Assembly (NCBI RefSeq): GCF_001194135.2
Contig: NC_068991.1
Location: 18,255,332-18,311,995, forward strand
Direction: 5' to 3'
Length of the DNA: 56,664 nt
Source of the DNA: Octopus bimaculoides
Lineage: Eukaryota
Positions 1 to 11,751 of the stretch are shown here, piece after piece (position 1 is the first letter of the stretch; every line of letters starts with the position of its first letter). The notes beneath the pieces are model-generated. The model did no database searches and was not told where the DNA came from. It saw nothing but the letters and a program-made list of their open reading frames with translations. The position numbers and the translations under genes are program-made.

Positions 1-47
<47 letters not shown>

Positions 48-50
48 GTC

Positions 51-812
51 TTGTGTGTCTGTGTTTGGCCCCCCCCCACTATTGCTTGACAACCAATGTT
101 AGTGTGTTTACATCCCTGTAACTTAGCGGTTTGGTAAAAGAGACCGATAGGATAAGTACTAGGCTTACAAAAAAATAAGTCCTGGGGACAATTTGTTTGA
201 CTAAAGGCAGTGCTCTAGCATAGTTTAATCTGTATATAGACGATCAGAAAATGGAGGAAAAACAGTCAAACAGAAGTGTATCTTTGGTGCTAAAAAGCCA
301 TTATTTAATTAGTTAAGCAAGGTGAAGGTGAGTATATATTTATAAACATGTATATAAACAAATATCTACACACACAGGAAAATAGTAACAGGCCATACCA
401 TTTTCATTAATCTTTTTGCCCTTGCCATGAACAGAGTGGCCAAGTTAATTGAGGTGGAATGCAGAAAGCCTCCTATCCAACCCCTGTGTATGACAGCCTC
501 TGATAAGAACATTTATGGTGACCTTACCATCACAAGAACATTGACAAGTATGTATATATGTATATATATATATGTGTGTGTGTGTGTGTTTGTGTTTGTG
601 TGTCTGTATTTGTACCCCCACTATCGCTTGACAACCGATGTTGGTGTGTTTACTTCTCCGTAATTTTGCGGTTCGGCAATGGAGACCAATAGAATAAGTA
701 CTAGGCGTACAAAGAATAAGTCCTGGGGCTGATTTATTTGACTAAAAAGCGGTGCTCCAGCATAGTCTCAGTCAAATGACTGAAACAAGTAAAAGAATAA
801 AAGAATATAAAT
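51..812 (+). mobile_element. Two 3' halves of family B SINEs (~51-221 and ~583-812)
   Basis: CTTGACAACC.ATG..GATAGAATAAGTACTAGGC blocks. Confidence 0.75.
377..545 (+). mobile_element. HERO RT fragment; 421-543 is a near-identical duplicate of 2038-2158
   Basis: GKIVTGHTIFINLFALAMNRVAK resembles HERO GIITGCTISVILFALAMN. Confidence 0.7.
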
Positions 813-1346
813 GCATTATATGAAAACAAACACACACACGCACATACACACGTAAACATACATACATATCTATATAACATTAAGTGGAATGAGTCAGTTG
901 ACTTGTCATGCCCTTAGCTCATCAGCTAATGCAGGTTAACTGTACTGCTTTGATGACCTTTACTGCTGAGAAGCTCTTTAATTTTGGAGGAGCAATTATA
1001 TGAATATGTACCTATGAGTATGTACTTGAATACATTTATACATATAAATATATATATAGATATATATATATAAACATGTGTGTGTGTATATATATATGTA
1101 TACACACGCACACGTACATATACATATATATGTGCACACTCACCCATGTGTATGTGTGTGTGTGTGTGTGCATGCACACATGAATTGACCACCCAAGAGT
1201 GAAAGTTAAATTTCTATGTAATGAATAATATCAGATAATGCCTGCAGTATGTAAAATATATTTTTATATACTTTACAGCTCTTATATTGCAATATAGATC
1301 TCCTGTACACTAACTGGACAACACACATATATATATACACACACAC

Positions 1347-1377
<31 letters not shown>

Positions 1378-1498
1378 TATGGGCATCCAGCTGTAGAAAC
1401 TCTGCCAAATTAGACTGGAGCCTGGTGTTGCCATCCGGTTTCACCAGTCCTCAGTCAAATCGTCCAACCCATGCTAGCATGGAAAGCGGACGTTAAAC

Positions 1499-1564
<66 letters not shown>

Positions 1565-2037
1565 TTATATTTGATTTTATTTTCACACAATAGTATGCTA
1601 TANNNNNNNNNNNNNNNNNNNNNNNNNNNNNNNNNNNNNNNNNNNNNNNNNNNNNNNNNNNNNNNNNNNNNNNNNNNNNNNNNNNNNNNNNNNNNNNNNN
1701 NNNNNNNNNNNNNNNNNNNNNNNNNNNNNNNNNNNNNNNNNNNNNNNNNNNNNNNNNNNNNNNNNNNNNNNNNNNNNNNNNNNNNNNNNNNNNNNNNNNN
1801 NNNNNNNNNNNNNNNNNNNNNNNNNNNGAAGATAAAATCAACAAAAAAGTGCTCTATTTGGTGAGAGATAAATACTGTTTAGTAAATACAGTACACATTT
1901 TTATGAGCTACTAATAGTTTCCTGTAATGAAAATAACACCAGACATGTTATAAAATGCTACATATATATATATTATAAACAGAGTGAACAAAGTGGCTAT
2001 GAACAGAGTGCCATGAACAGAGTGCCATGAACAGAGT

Positions 2038-4012
2038 GCCATGAACAGAGTGGCCAAGTTAATTGAGGTGGAATGCAGAAAGCCTCCTATCCAGCCCCTG
2101 TGTATGACAGCCTCTGATAAGAACATTTATGGTGACCTTACCATCACAGGAACATTGGTCCCAGGTAGCAGGTCGATCCTATAAAGCATTGAGAAAATAA
2201 TCCTTTGGGAAAGGATATGTTTTGTGCTACTAAATCAAAGTCCACAGAGTTGAAGAAGAATGTGGTTGAACAAATTTTGATTCTAATTATCTGGAATGGT
2301 TATTACCTTTCTCTTTCTCACATACACACACTCATTACGGAGCAACTAGTCAAGAGTCTGGGAAGCTCTTTTGACTCAATCTTGAATGACTCTATGACTC
2401 TACCATCTTTCAAAAGTCCAACAATGACCTTGAGTGTTTGATAGATTCAAAACTTGTTTCTACCAATATTCCATTCTGTCCAATGCCCTTTGACACCTGC
2501 TGAGTCCCTTGAAGGAAAACCACTGGTTTTCTCTGAAAGTGATTGGCCCTTTCCCGCAGTTTTAGCTATACAGCACTGTATCGTACAGTAACATCTTGCA
2601 GCTATTATTTAGTAGTATCACTAAAGAGTCTATAGTGGCATAGATAAGAGAACTTCTACAGTATAGGAACTCCAGGGACCAGGAAACATCATCACCTGTC
2701 ATTTGGGTGAGAATAGGGAAAAGAAGAAAGTGGAAGTAGCAGAGTCACATCAGAGGCAAAAGGAACTGATTGATATCATGTCTGTTAGTGTGGAGGCGCA
2801 TTGGCCCAGTGGTTAGGGCAGCAGACTCTCGGTCATAGGATCGCGGTTTCGATTCCCAGACTGGGCGTTATGAGTGTTTATTGAGCGAAAACACTTAAAA
2901 GCTCCATGAGGCTCTGGCAGGGGTTGGTGGCGAACCCTGCTGTACTCTTTCACCACAACTTTCTCTCACTCTTACTTTCTGTTTCTGTTGTGCCTGTAAT
3001 TCAAAGGGTCAGCCTTGTCACACTGTGTCACGCTGAATATCCCCGAGAACTACGTTAAGGGTACACGTGTCTGTGGAGTGCNNNNNNNNNNGCTCCATGA
3101 GGCTCTGGCAGGGGTTGGTGGCGAACCCTGCTGTACTCTTTCACCACAACTTTCTCTCACTCTTACTTTCTGTTTCTGTTGTGCTTGTAATTCAAAGGGT
3201 CAGCCTTGTCACACTGTGTCACGCTGAATATCCCCGAGAACTACGTTAAGGGTACACGTGTCTGTGGAGTGCTCAGCCACTGGCACGTTAATTTCACAAG
3301 CAGGCTGTTCTGTTGATCGGATCGACTGGAACCCTCGACGTCGTAAGCGACGGAGTGCCAACAACATGTCTGTTAGTAGAGTAGGCTTAGGCTATTTTCT
3401 AAAGGCCCAGGCCAAGGAACAACACAATCTTATTAATGAAGAGGTCTGAGATATGGAAGAGGAGTGTGTAGGATGGTAGAGATCAGCAACAGGTAGCATG
3501 GATGAGGTAGGAGATTGTATTGTTGTGCAAGATTAACTGACCAAACATTACGCAGGCACACTTCCATCATGTTTGTTCTTTGTCCAAGGTGTCTATGATA
3601 TTCTATGAAGTTCAGCTAATCTTCACAACAGGAGCAAGAATGAGGCACCTTCCTGTTTTACTCAGCACAAACAAACACTGCAATGCCCCACCAAAAGTCA
3701 GTTAGCTGGAGAGAAGTTCTAACTACAACCAAAAGCAAGAATGAATCTCCACTCCACCACAGCTTTTGACTGGCAGCTGAACATCAGTCTGGGTATGCAG
3801 CTGAAGTTCCTGCAGCACCAGATTTGATTATCAACTCAGAAGCAACTAAACAACTGGTCATTGTGGAATTTACAATGCCCTGGAAAGAACGTATTGAAGA
3901 AGCCAAGGAAAGGAAACGAGTAAACGTAGCAGGAACTGTCGAGGAAACGCGAGGACAGAGGCTTGACGACGCACTCGGAACACAGCTGCTGAAGAAATTA
4001 GTTGAAATGTGA
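2038..4012 (+). mobile_element. Decayed HERO-type (R2/NeSL group, RLE) non-LTR retrotransposon, interrupted by a SINE
   Basis: Frameshifted motifs AMNRVAKLIEVEC..IRTFM(D)DLTIT, EQLVKSLGSSFD, RVGLGYF, QGVYDIL, PDLIINSEATKQLVIVEFTMPWKERIEEAKERK resemble HERO RT and RLE domains. Confidence 0.8.
2790..3364 (+). mobile_element. tRNA-derived SINE (family A) with 13-bp TSD
   Basis: A box TGGCCCAGTGGTTAGG, B box GGTTTCGATTCC; TSD CATGTCTGTTAGT at 2777-2789 and 3365-3377; internal duplication across the 10-N gap. Confidence 0.9.
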
Positions 4013-5009
4013 GGCATATACAGCCGTCCTTTCTTTTTCTGACTGCAAGGATATTGTATTATATAGACGTAATGTTTAGGTTTCTTGTAACATATAGTTG
4101 GTCAAACATCTGTAGATATATGTTTTATAGTATAATATAGCAACGAAACAAAACAGTGTTAATACACCAGTAATTGTGTGTGTGTATAAGTTATGTATAA
4201 GTGTGTACCTGAATTATCGATTTACATATGTTAGTTAACTTGAGAGCATTAAAGTATATCAGAAAGGGAGATGTTGTTCAAAAGTGGGGGGAATATAGAA
4301 GTGACATCGAGGAGACAGGTTGGATACAGAACTAGGAAATATAAGTGTGAATAAGATATGGATAGGTGACTAGACTTTGCAACCCACGAAAACTGAGTAA
4401 AAGGAATACAAGATGGGGCGGGGAAGACAGAGCAGAAACCAGGGAGGGAGAAAGAGAAACGATAAGCACTACGTGAACATAAAATAAAACAGAAAAGGCA
4501 AAGACGGCAGATATATTTACATATGCGTGTGTGTGTGAGAGGGCAGAAAGAAAGCTACATAGAAAAAAAAACACAGGATGAGTTAACAAAGAAAAAGAAC
4601 CATAAAATGAGAAAAGGTGAAGTATTGTGAATGAATGTGGGGCGGTGAGAGAGAAAACTAAAATGATCAGAGAAAGATAGGCTGATGAAAAGATCAATAG
4701 AAAATGGATGAGATGGCCGGATAGATCGACCCAAAGAAATACATTTACACATATAAATATATATATAGATACACACATACAAGCGTAAAAATATATACAT
4801 ATATATATATAGAAAAATAGTTATAAACATATATGTATACACATAGATAGAGCCATAAATAGAAGACATAATAAATCAGACGAGAGACTTCGTAAAATGT
4901 TATGTTGATAAAGTGATAGTCATTGACGAGAGAAGCCAAACTTTTGGGCCACACCCTTGGTTTAATCTATTTATAGCAGTGGATGGAACGGGGGTGGGGA
5001 AACACTTAC

Positions 5010-5155
5010 CCGCCTCTTCGAGACGACAGTACCCGTTAATACGAGATTAAGTACGAATTTACATTGGAGAAATATCGGAAAGCTTTTATTAAAAACGTTA
5101 TTCCCGCATGAAAAGACAAAAAGACGAAGAAAAAAAAAGGGCGGGGTGGCGGATT
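5010..5155 (-). promoter_or_regulatory. Probable promoter/non-coding first exon of a divergent minus-strand gene
   Basis: Minus-strand consensus donor GCGG|GTAAGT at 5010/5009; GC box GGGCGGGG near 5139-5146; CpG-rich, with CpG-depleted sequence to the left. Confidence 0.45.
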
Positions 5156-5327
5156 TTCGTGTCAGTAAAATAAAGTTGTAAACCAGTCTCGCATGCATGA
5201 ATGTATTTGTTCATATGTGGGTGGTGTATACAAAATGTACGATACGTAACAGCATTACATAGATATCATTACTCATAACACATACACACGTACGTTTGTG
5301 TGTGCGTGTAGATACATGTCTCCCTTC

Positions 5328-5372
<45 letters not shown>

Positions 5373-6151
5373 NNNNNNNNNNNNNNNNNNNNNNNNNNNN
5401 NNNNNNNNNNNNNNNNNNNNNNNNNNNNNNNNNNNNNNNNNNNNNNNNNNNNNNNNNNNNNNNNNNNNNNNNNNNNNNNNNNNNNNNNNNNNNNNNNNNN
5501 NNNNNNNNNNNNNNNNNNNNNNNNNNNNNNNNNNNNNNNNNNNNNNNNNNNNNNNNNNNNNNNNNNNNNNNNNNNNNNNNNNNNNNNNNNNNNNNNNNNN
5601 NNNNNNNNNNNNNNNNNNNNNNNNNNNNNNNNNNNNNNNNNNNNNNNNNNNNNNNNNNNNNNNNNNNNNNNNNNNNNNNNNNNNNNNNNNNNNNNNNNNN
5701 NNNNNNNNNNNNNNNNNNNNNNNNNNNNNNNNNNNNNNNNNNNNNNNNNNNNNNNNNNNNNNNNNNNNNNNNNNNNNNNNNNNNNNNNNNNNNNNNNNNN
5801 NNNNNNNNNNNNNNNNNNNNNNNNNNNNNNNNNNNNNNNNNNNNNNNNNNNNNNNNNNNNNNNNNNNNNNNNNNNNNNNNNNNNNNNNNNNNNNNNNNNN
5901 NNNNNNNNNNNNNNNNNNNNNNNNNNNNNNNNNNNNNNNNNNNNNNNNNNNNNNNNNNNNNNNNNNNNNNNNNNNNNNNNNNNNNNNNNNNNNNNNNATA
6001 TATATATATATACATACATACATATCTATATATATAAGATTAGAAATATTACATTTCTAAATCTTTCAGAGAGATTTTATACAGTAGCAGCACGATAAAG
6101 TGATGGTTTGTTGCCAACTTAATGTGGCAGTCCCATGAAAGGGAAGAATGC

Positions 6152-6508
6152 TACTGCTATTTGGCCTTAGGAAACACAGTTTCCAGTTGACCATGACACA
6201 TTTATGTTTTCAAAAAGGGGAGAAAAGTACCGCCACCCAGAAAAGCTAGCATCCAGAGACTAGTTTCAGAGTCATTAGTCATCATCAATGTATTTCACTT
6301 GAAATCTATATGTTTTCAAAGGTGAATAAGCATCGACTGCTAGCAAGCCATGCTACTCCAAACTGATGATGAGCAATGACTCTGAAACTAGTCTCTGGAT
6401 GCTGGCCTTGCTGGGTGGTGATGCTTATCTCCCATCTTTGAAAACAAGGACACAGAAAATGTGTGATAGCCAACTGGAAACGGTGTTTCCTGGGGCTAAA
6501 TAGCAGTA
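6152..6508. repeat. Long imperfect inverted repeat (arms ~6152-6287 and ~6364-6508)
   Basis: For example AGCATCCAGAGACTAGTTTCAGAGTCATT and its exact reverse complement; arms align over ~140 bp. Confidence 0.85.
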
Positions 6509-6898
6509 AACGAAAACCTTTCTCGCCAACCTCCCACAATCTCTTCCTCCTCCAACTGACAGTCTTTTGTACTTTCGCGAAGCGGAAAATACACTTTTTG
6601 TGGCAGTTATTACGAAATTGCTTTCTTATATCAGAGTAATAAGGCATTTCAATAGAACATCTTTACTCCCCCGGGAATTACCGGGTACACCAGCTAGTAT
6701 ACATACACACACACACGGTCTTCGTCTTCGCTAATCGTGCCTTGCGGACATTTATTGTGGTTTTGGAGTCAGGATTTGACTGCTATTTTTTCAGCGTGGT
6801 GGTATCAAGAGATACCCTGTATTATAATTTTAAATAATTATTACCTTTGATGGTTTTTATTCCCATGCTGACCANNNNNNNNNNCATATATACATATG

Positions 6899-6939
<41 letters not shown>

Positions 6940-6961
6940 ATACATATATATAGACACATAC

Positions 6962-6995
<34 letters not shown>

Positions 6996-7439
6996 ATACA
7001 TACATACGCACATGCACATATATATACATACACACACACACACATATACATACATACATACATACAAACATACATATATATCATGGTTGTTTACTCATTC
7101 TGCAGTTTGACCACCTCGTGCACTTACACCTTTGATCCATCATGGCATCTGATATATATACAAACACACACATACACACGCACATACATAGTGGCGATCA
7201 AAAGGTTACAGAGCTGATTCCTAAACTAGGCACGGCGTTCTCAACTTTGGTCGAAAACCTTTGTTAGCTTTGTTAGATCTATAAAGAGAGATAACTATAT
7301 CTAAGAAAAACTGAACGTTCAAGGTAACTAGCTGTCATAGAATGCCATAGCCAAATCTCTTGCTGTTTACTGAATCATATTTGAAGTGTACAGAAAGTCT
7401 GAGAGGTGAAATGTAGATACTGAATGAATAATTTTAGTT

Positions 7440-7790
7440 TCACCTGCTCTCCATGGGGCTGGACCAACGAAAGATTTCTACACAAGCCTTGTCATGAGAC
7501 TTTACTTGGGACAGGTTCATATCTGCCAGCTCCCCACGCCCACACACAGTCCTCAACAGGACTCGACACGTTTGCCTCGACTTCCACGCGCTCTCTGTGA
7601 CCTCCATCTGAAAGAGGTTCTCACCTCTCTCTCCACGGGCAAGCGTAGCACATGCTGAACACCTTACACTGTCTCGCGCTGTTGGTTTTTCGTAGGTTAC
7701 TCAACCCGACCCATTTCATGATTTCATCACTCATTATTTGGTGACGCCAAGAAATTCTCAATATGGTCTCGAGGCAACACCCTTAGTTGA
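7440..7790 (-). pseudogene. Possible RTE-like C-terminal remnant
   Basis: ILRISWRHQIMSDEIMKWVGL resembles ILRISW...SNEE in RTE ORF2. Confidence 0.5.
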
Positions 7791-9160
7791 ATAATAACGA
7801 CCATTAATTGGTCTACTTAGTATCGGTTCAGTTACATAAACTTCGTTGTTGTTTGATTAGTTCTACAAAGAGACTTGTTGTGTTTGTTAGATCTACGAAG
7901 AGAGATAACTATATCTCAAAAAAGCTGAACGTTCAAGGTAGCAAGCTTAAAAATACGTAAATCTCATATAGATATGTATTAGTTACATTCCCTCGTATCA
8001 TAGCCATTGAATGGCGTTGTCATTGAAGTCATTAAAAGTCGGTGACAAAGAAACAAATTCATGCCCGTCATTGTTACTTTAACGATTCGCTTGTAGATTT
8101 CACTTGTTGCATGAGTGGTTGTATCATATGTAACAATGTTCGTGTAGCTATTTGGCCGTATGTAATACTTTTAAGTTAAACATTTCTTACTTTTTTTTTT
8201 TTCACTCATCTGACGGATACAGATTCATACACGAGATACTACTGATTAGACAACGAAAACCCTCAAGCATTCATTCATCTCCCAAAACAGCCTAGCTGCG
8301 TCAGTTCATATGTAAGCACCAATGCATAATGCAATAGCGATTTGGTGACGAATTATCAGATTTAATCTAAATGTCTGCACTTCGAGTTCAATTCTCATCA
8401 AGTTCAAATTTGACTTTTATTCTTTCGGAGTTTATAATAAAATACCAATCTAGAATGGTGGATTGGCGGAAGTGTAAGAATCTTGAATCAAATACTATAT
8501 GGTATTTATCCCGGCTCTATGCGTGTTGAGTTCAAATCCCACCATGGCCTAGTTGAGTGATAGTTGAGTGCTTTTACGTGCCACCGGCACGAAGGCCAGT
8601 CAGGCGGTACTGGTAACGGCCACGCTCAAAATGGTGTATTTTACGTGCCACCTGCACAGGAGCCAGTCCAGCGGCACTGGCAACGACCTCGCTCGAATGT
8701 CTTTACACGTGCCACCGACCCAAGTGCCAGGAAGGCGACGCTGGTAACAATCATGCTCAAATGGTGCTATATATATATATATATGCATGCATGCATACAT
8801 ACATGTACACACACACACACACCACACATTCATACATAGATTGCAAGATTCACTTTCAGCTTCATGCCTATTATTACTGGAGCAACAGGTTATATCAACC
8901 CGACTGGAGCACAGTATGGCTGAACTTGGGTTCTTGAGAGATGAGAACGTAAACCCTTAAATGATACACTACAAATGATGATACATAGGGACTATAAAAA
9001 TCTGCAGGATGTTAAGATTTAAAGGGTGATGAGCAAAGTGTAAATATTGTAATCCCAATATTTACATGCTATTTTGTATAGCTTTATGCGAGTTGTGATC
9101 CACTGTTCCAAAAAAAAATTATTTTATGTTCTCTCGAAAGTTCTTTAAAATTCTTGTGTG

Positions 9161-9161
<1 letters not shown>

Positions 9162-9231
<70 letters not shown>
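9162..9231. repeat. (TG)n microsatellite, one example of many TA/CA/GA/GATA/GAT repeats in the window
   Basis: Direct reading; others include 16968-17013 (GATA), 19818-19857 (ATCT), 17973-18017 and 39755-39798 (AG). Confidence 0.97.
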
Positions 9232-9234
<3 letters not shown>

Positions 9235-10058
9235 CGAGCGCGCGTATGTGTGTTCATACACCCCAACACCTGGCCCTTCTCGTTGGGAACAGAAGATACT
9301 TCGGCCTCCGGCAATCATTGATAGCCCAAAAGTAAAAAAAGGGTGCACACTGGAATATTTGTTCTAAAACCGAGGGCAGCACTGCCGCTGCATAGATAAA
9401 CATCCTCGTCCACATCTAGAAAAGGATCACGTGACTGATTAGCATAAAATCGCTTACAGTCCATACACCAGTAAATGGCTCGTAGATGTGCCGTCCCCCC
9501 CCTTTTTTTACTATAGTTGCAATGGCCTATGCTCTTGAAGCTGGCTGGGCTCATGCAACCTCCACTTAGGAACATTTCCGATTAGCTTATTTCTCATCGC
9601 CTGACCCTTGTTCTAATCCGCAAGCAATGCACTTATCGCTACTTCGAGTGTTTGTATCTCAGAATGTCGTCCCTCTGGAATTTCTTTCCGCAGGTGTTGA
9701 CTTCAAAATGAACCTCTGCACACCATGAACATCACCATTCTATGAAGGCCTGCAAAAGCCATGGGCATTGCCCCTTTCTTCAGACCACCCGTCCTTCTTT
9801 TGTGTGGTGGTGGTGATGGTAGGGATGATCCTTCGTCAATAGTGTGTCGGTACGGGAAAACGACGATATTCACCCTTTTTTTAGCCTAGCTTCTTTGTCA
9901 TGAGGGTAGGCTGTGTGGGTGAACGACGTCGTGTACCAATACCAAAGGATTGCCAAAAAGAAAACCAGCATACTTACACACACGCATGTATTTACAGCAT
10001 TATTGATTCCTTTTAATAAAAGCTTATACAGAACTACTTTAATATCATACATACACTC

Positions 10059-10092
<34 letters not shown>

Positions 10093-11134
10093 TCACACAC
10101 ACACGCACGTACGCACGCGCGCACGCACGAACACACACACACACACACACACACATTCTCTCTCTCTCCATTCACACGCGCGCACATTCAAATACATGCA
10201 ATGGCATACACCCGTGAGTGGAGGTCATAGCCGGCCGCATCGTTTTTGTGTTATTGTGAGATAATGCCTGTATACTGATTTTTCTCATACTGGCATACGG
10301 CCATAAATTGGTAGGAGCAATTTAATCGAGTTATAGTCGATCGACTTAATTCCAGTACATGTGTGGCACTTATTTATTGGCTCTGGCAGGGGTGATGGTG
10401 ATGGAGATGAAAACCTATATCAACCTTGGCGGGATTTGAGCTCAAAAATTAAATGGATGAAACTATCATTCAGCTGTTTCCATCCCAAAATTAAGGTATC
10501 TTACATGGACCCACAAACCAGTTAAAATTTTTACCGAGGAAGGACACTGGAGGAGTGTAGTCGATTTAACCAATCCTAATATACTTCATTGGTAACTTAT
10601 TTTATCAACAGACACACGACAGGCTAAAGTGAAAAGTAGATGTTAAAGGGAGGTAACTAAACATCACAAGGTATTTTTCGTTTGTTACTGAATCGGTTAC
10701 GTCCATCGTGTTGACATCCAAAGTCACAAAGGTTTCCTGATAAACGATATCTCGATCACATTTGATTTTGTAGTTTTATCGAACCAAGAGGGATGAATAC
10801 CCTAAGTCGACATCAACCCGATTTGAAATCAGAACTGAAGAAGAAAATAAACTCAAATGTAAAATATTTAGTTCGGTGCATATCTTCGAAGTGTACCTCA
10901 GTGGTTGTATACCATCTTCCTACGTCTCCGCACGGCCTTTTGCTATATGAATTGAAATTTGCAAATACAAAGCAGTGGTGCTTCTTAGCTTGGTTTGATT
11001 CTCCACATTATTTACAGACAGCTGGACTGGTCCTGCTGCACAATCTGGCATCTGGCCAAAGCAGCTCTTAACATAAAGTGGTCAGTAAGACTTGTTTTAT
11101 CACTGTGTCCATACATTGGACCACATAAGCATAC

Positions 11135-11136
<2 letters not shown>

Positions 11137-11190
<54 letters not shown>
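11137..11190. repeat. (AAT)n microsatellite
   Basis: Perfect AAT run, about 18 units. Confidence 0.97.
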
Positions 11191-11193
<3 letters not shown>

Positions 11194-11751
11194 CTATGTG
11201 GAAATCACAGCCTTCAAAGAGCAAAGACTTGGTATGAGAAAACTCCCGAAGGAGTCACCGAGAATGAAAATTGCAAAAATCCTGTGGGATGCAATGATTC
11301 ATTGCGATCACCTGACCAGACATTGGAAACTGGACATTGTCGTAGTGAAAAAAAAATCCAAAAAAAAGAACATGCATGATAATCGACATAGCATGTCCCG
11401 ATGACAACAGGACCAAAGAAAAAGAAGAAAAACCAAACAACTATGACGATTTGGAGAGTGAAATACGAAGGCTGTGGTCAACGAGGAGAGTAGACATGGT
11501 ACCAATAGTAAATAGCGCACTTGGAAGTATCAGCACTCAACTACCAACATGGTTCATAAAGATTGGTGCAAATGTAAAGGTAGAATACCTACAAGAATCA
11601 ACATTGCTTGGAACTGCAAGAATTCTTCGCAGAGCTTTTGAAGCATCTGTAAACAAATGTCACCTCAGTCTGCTGGCGGTGGATAGCTGATATTTTTCAT
11701 CATACCCAGCAAAAAAGCTGAGTTTTCATCAAACAACAACAACAATAATAA
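11191..11751 (+). mobile_element. 5'-truncated R4/Dong-clade non-LTR retrotransposon (RLE domain and 3' UTR)
   Basis: Frameshifted WYEKTPEGVTENENCKILWD..DIVVV..CMIIDIACPDDNR..YDDL..EIRRLW..VPIV.SALG..LLGTARILRR; flanked by (AAT)n and (CAA)n(TAA)n. Confidence 0.85.

Noticed and set aside
2790-2870. tRNA genes at SINE heads (also 36843, 13840, 33090, 43200)
   Set aside because: Each continues into a shared SINE body and tail and lacks a complete cloverleaf.
2901-3272. Tandem duplication of about 180 bp inside the SINE
   Set aside because: The copies flank a 10-N gap and are almost identical, which is typical of an unmerged contig overlap or haplotype artefact.
6306-6647. 113-aa minus-strand ORF
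   Set aside because: Overlaps the inverted-repeat arm; no recognisable domain or splice support.
6822-7135. YI/HT/CV/ER-rich ORFs throughout the window
   Set aside because: Translations of dinucleotide microsatellites.
8570-8770. CRISPR-like or coding interpretation of the repeated units
   Set aside because: Units are degenerate, lack unique spacers, and belong to a dispersed eukaryotic retroposon; no cas genes are present.
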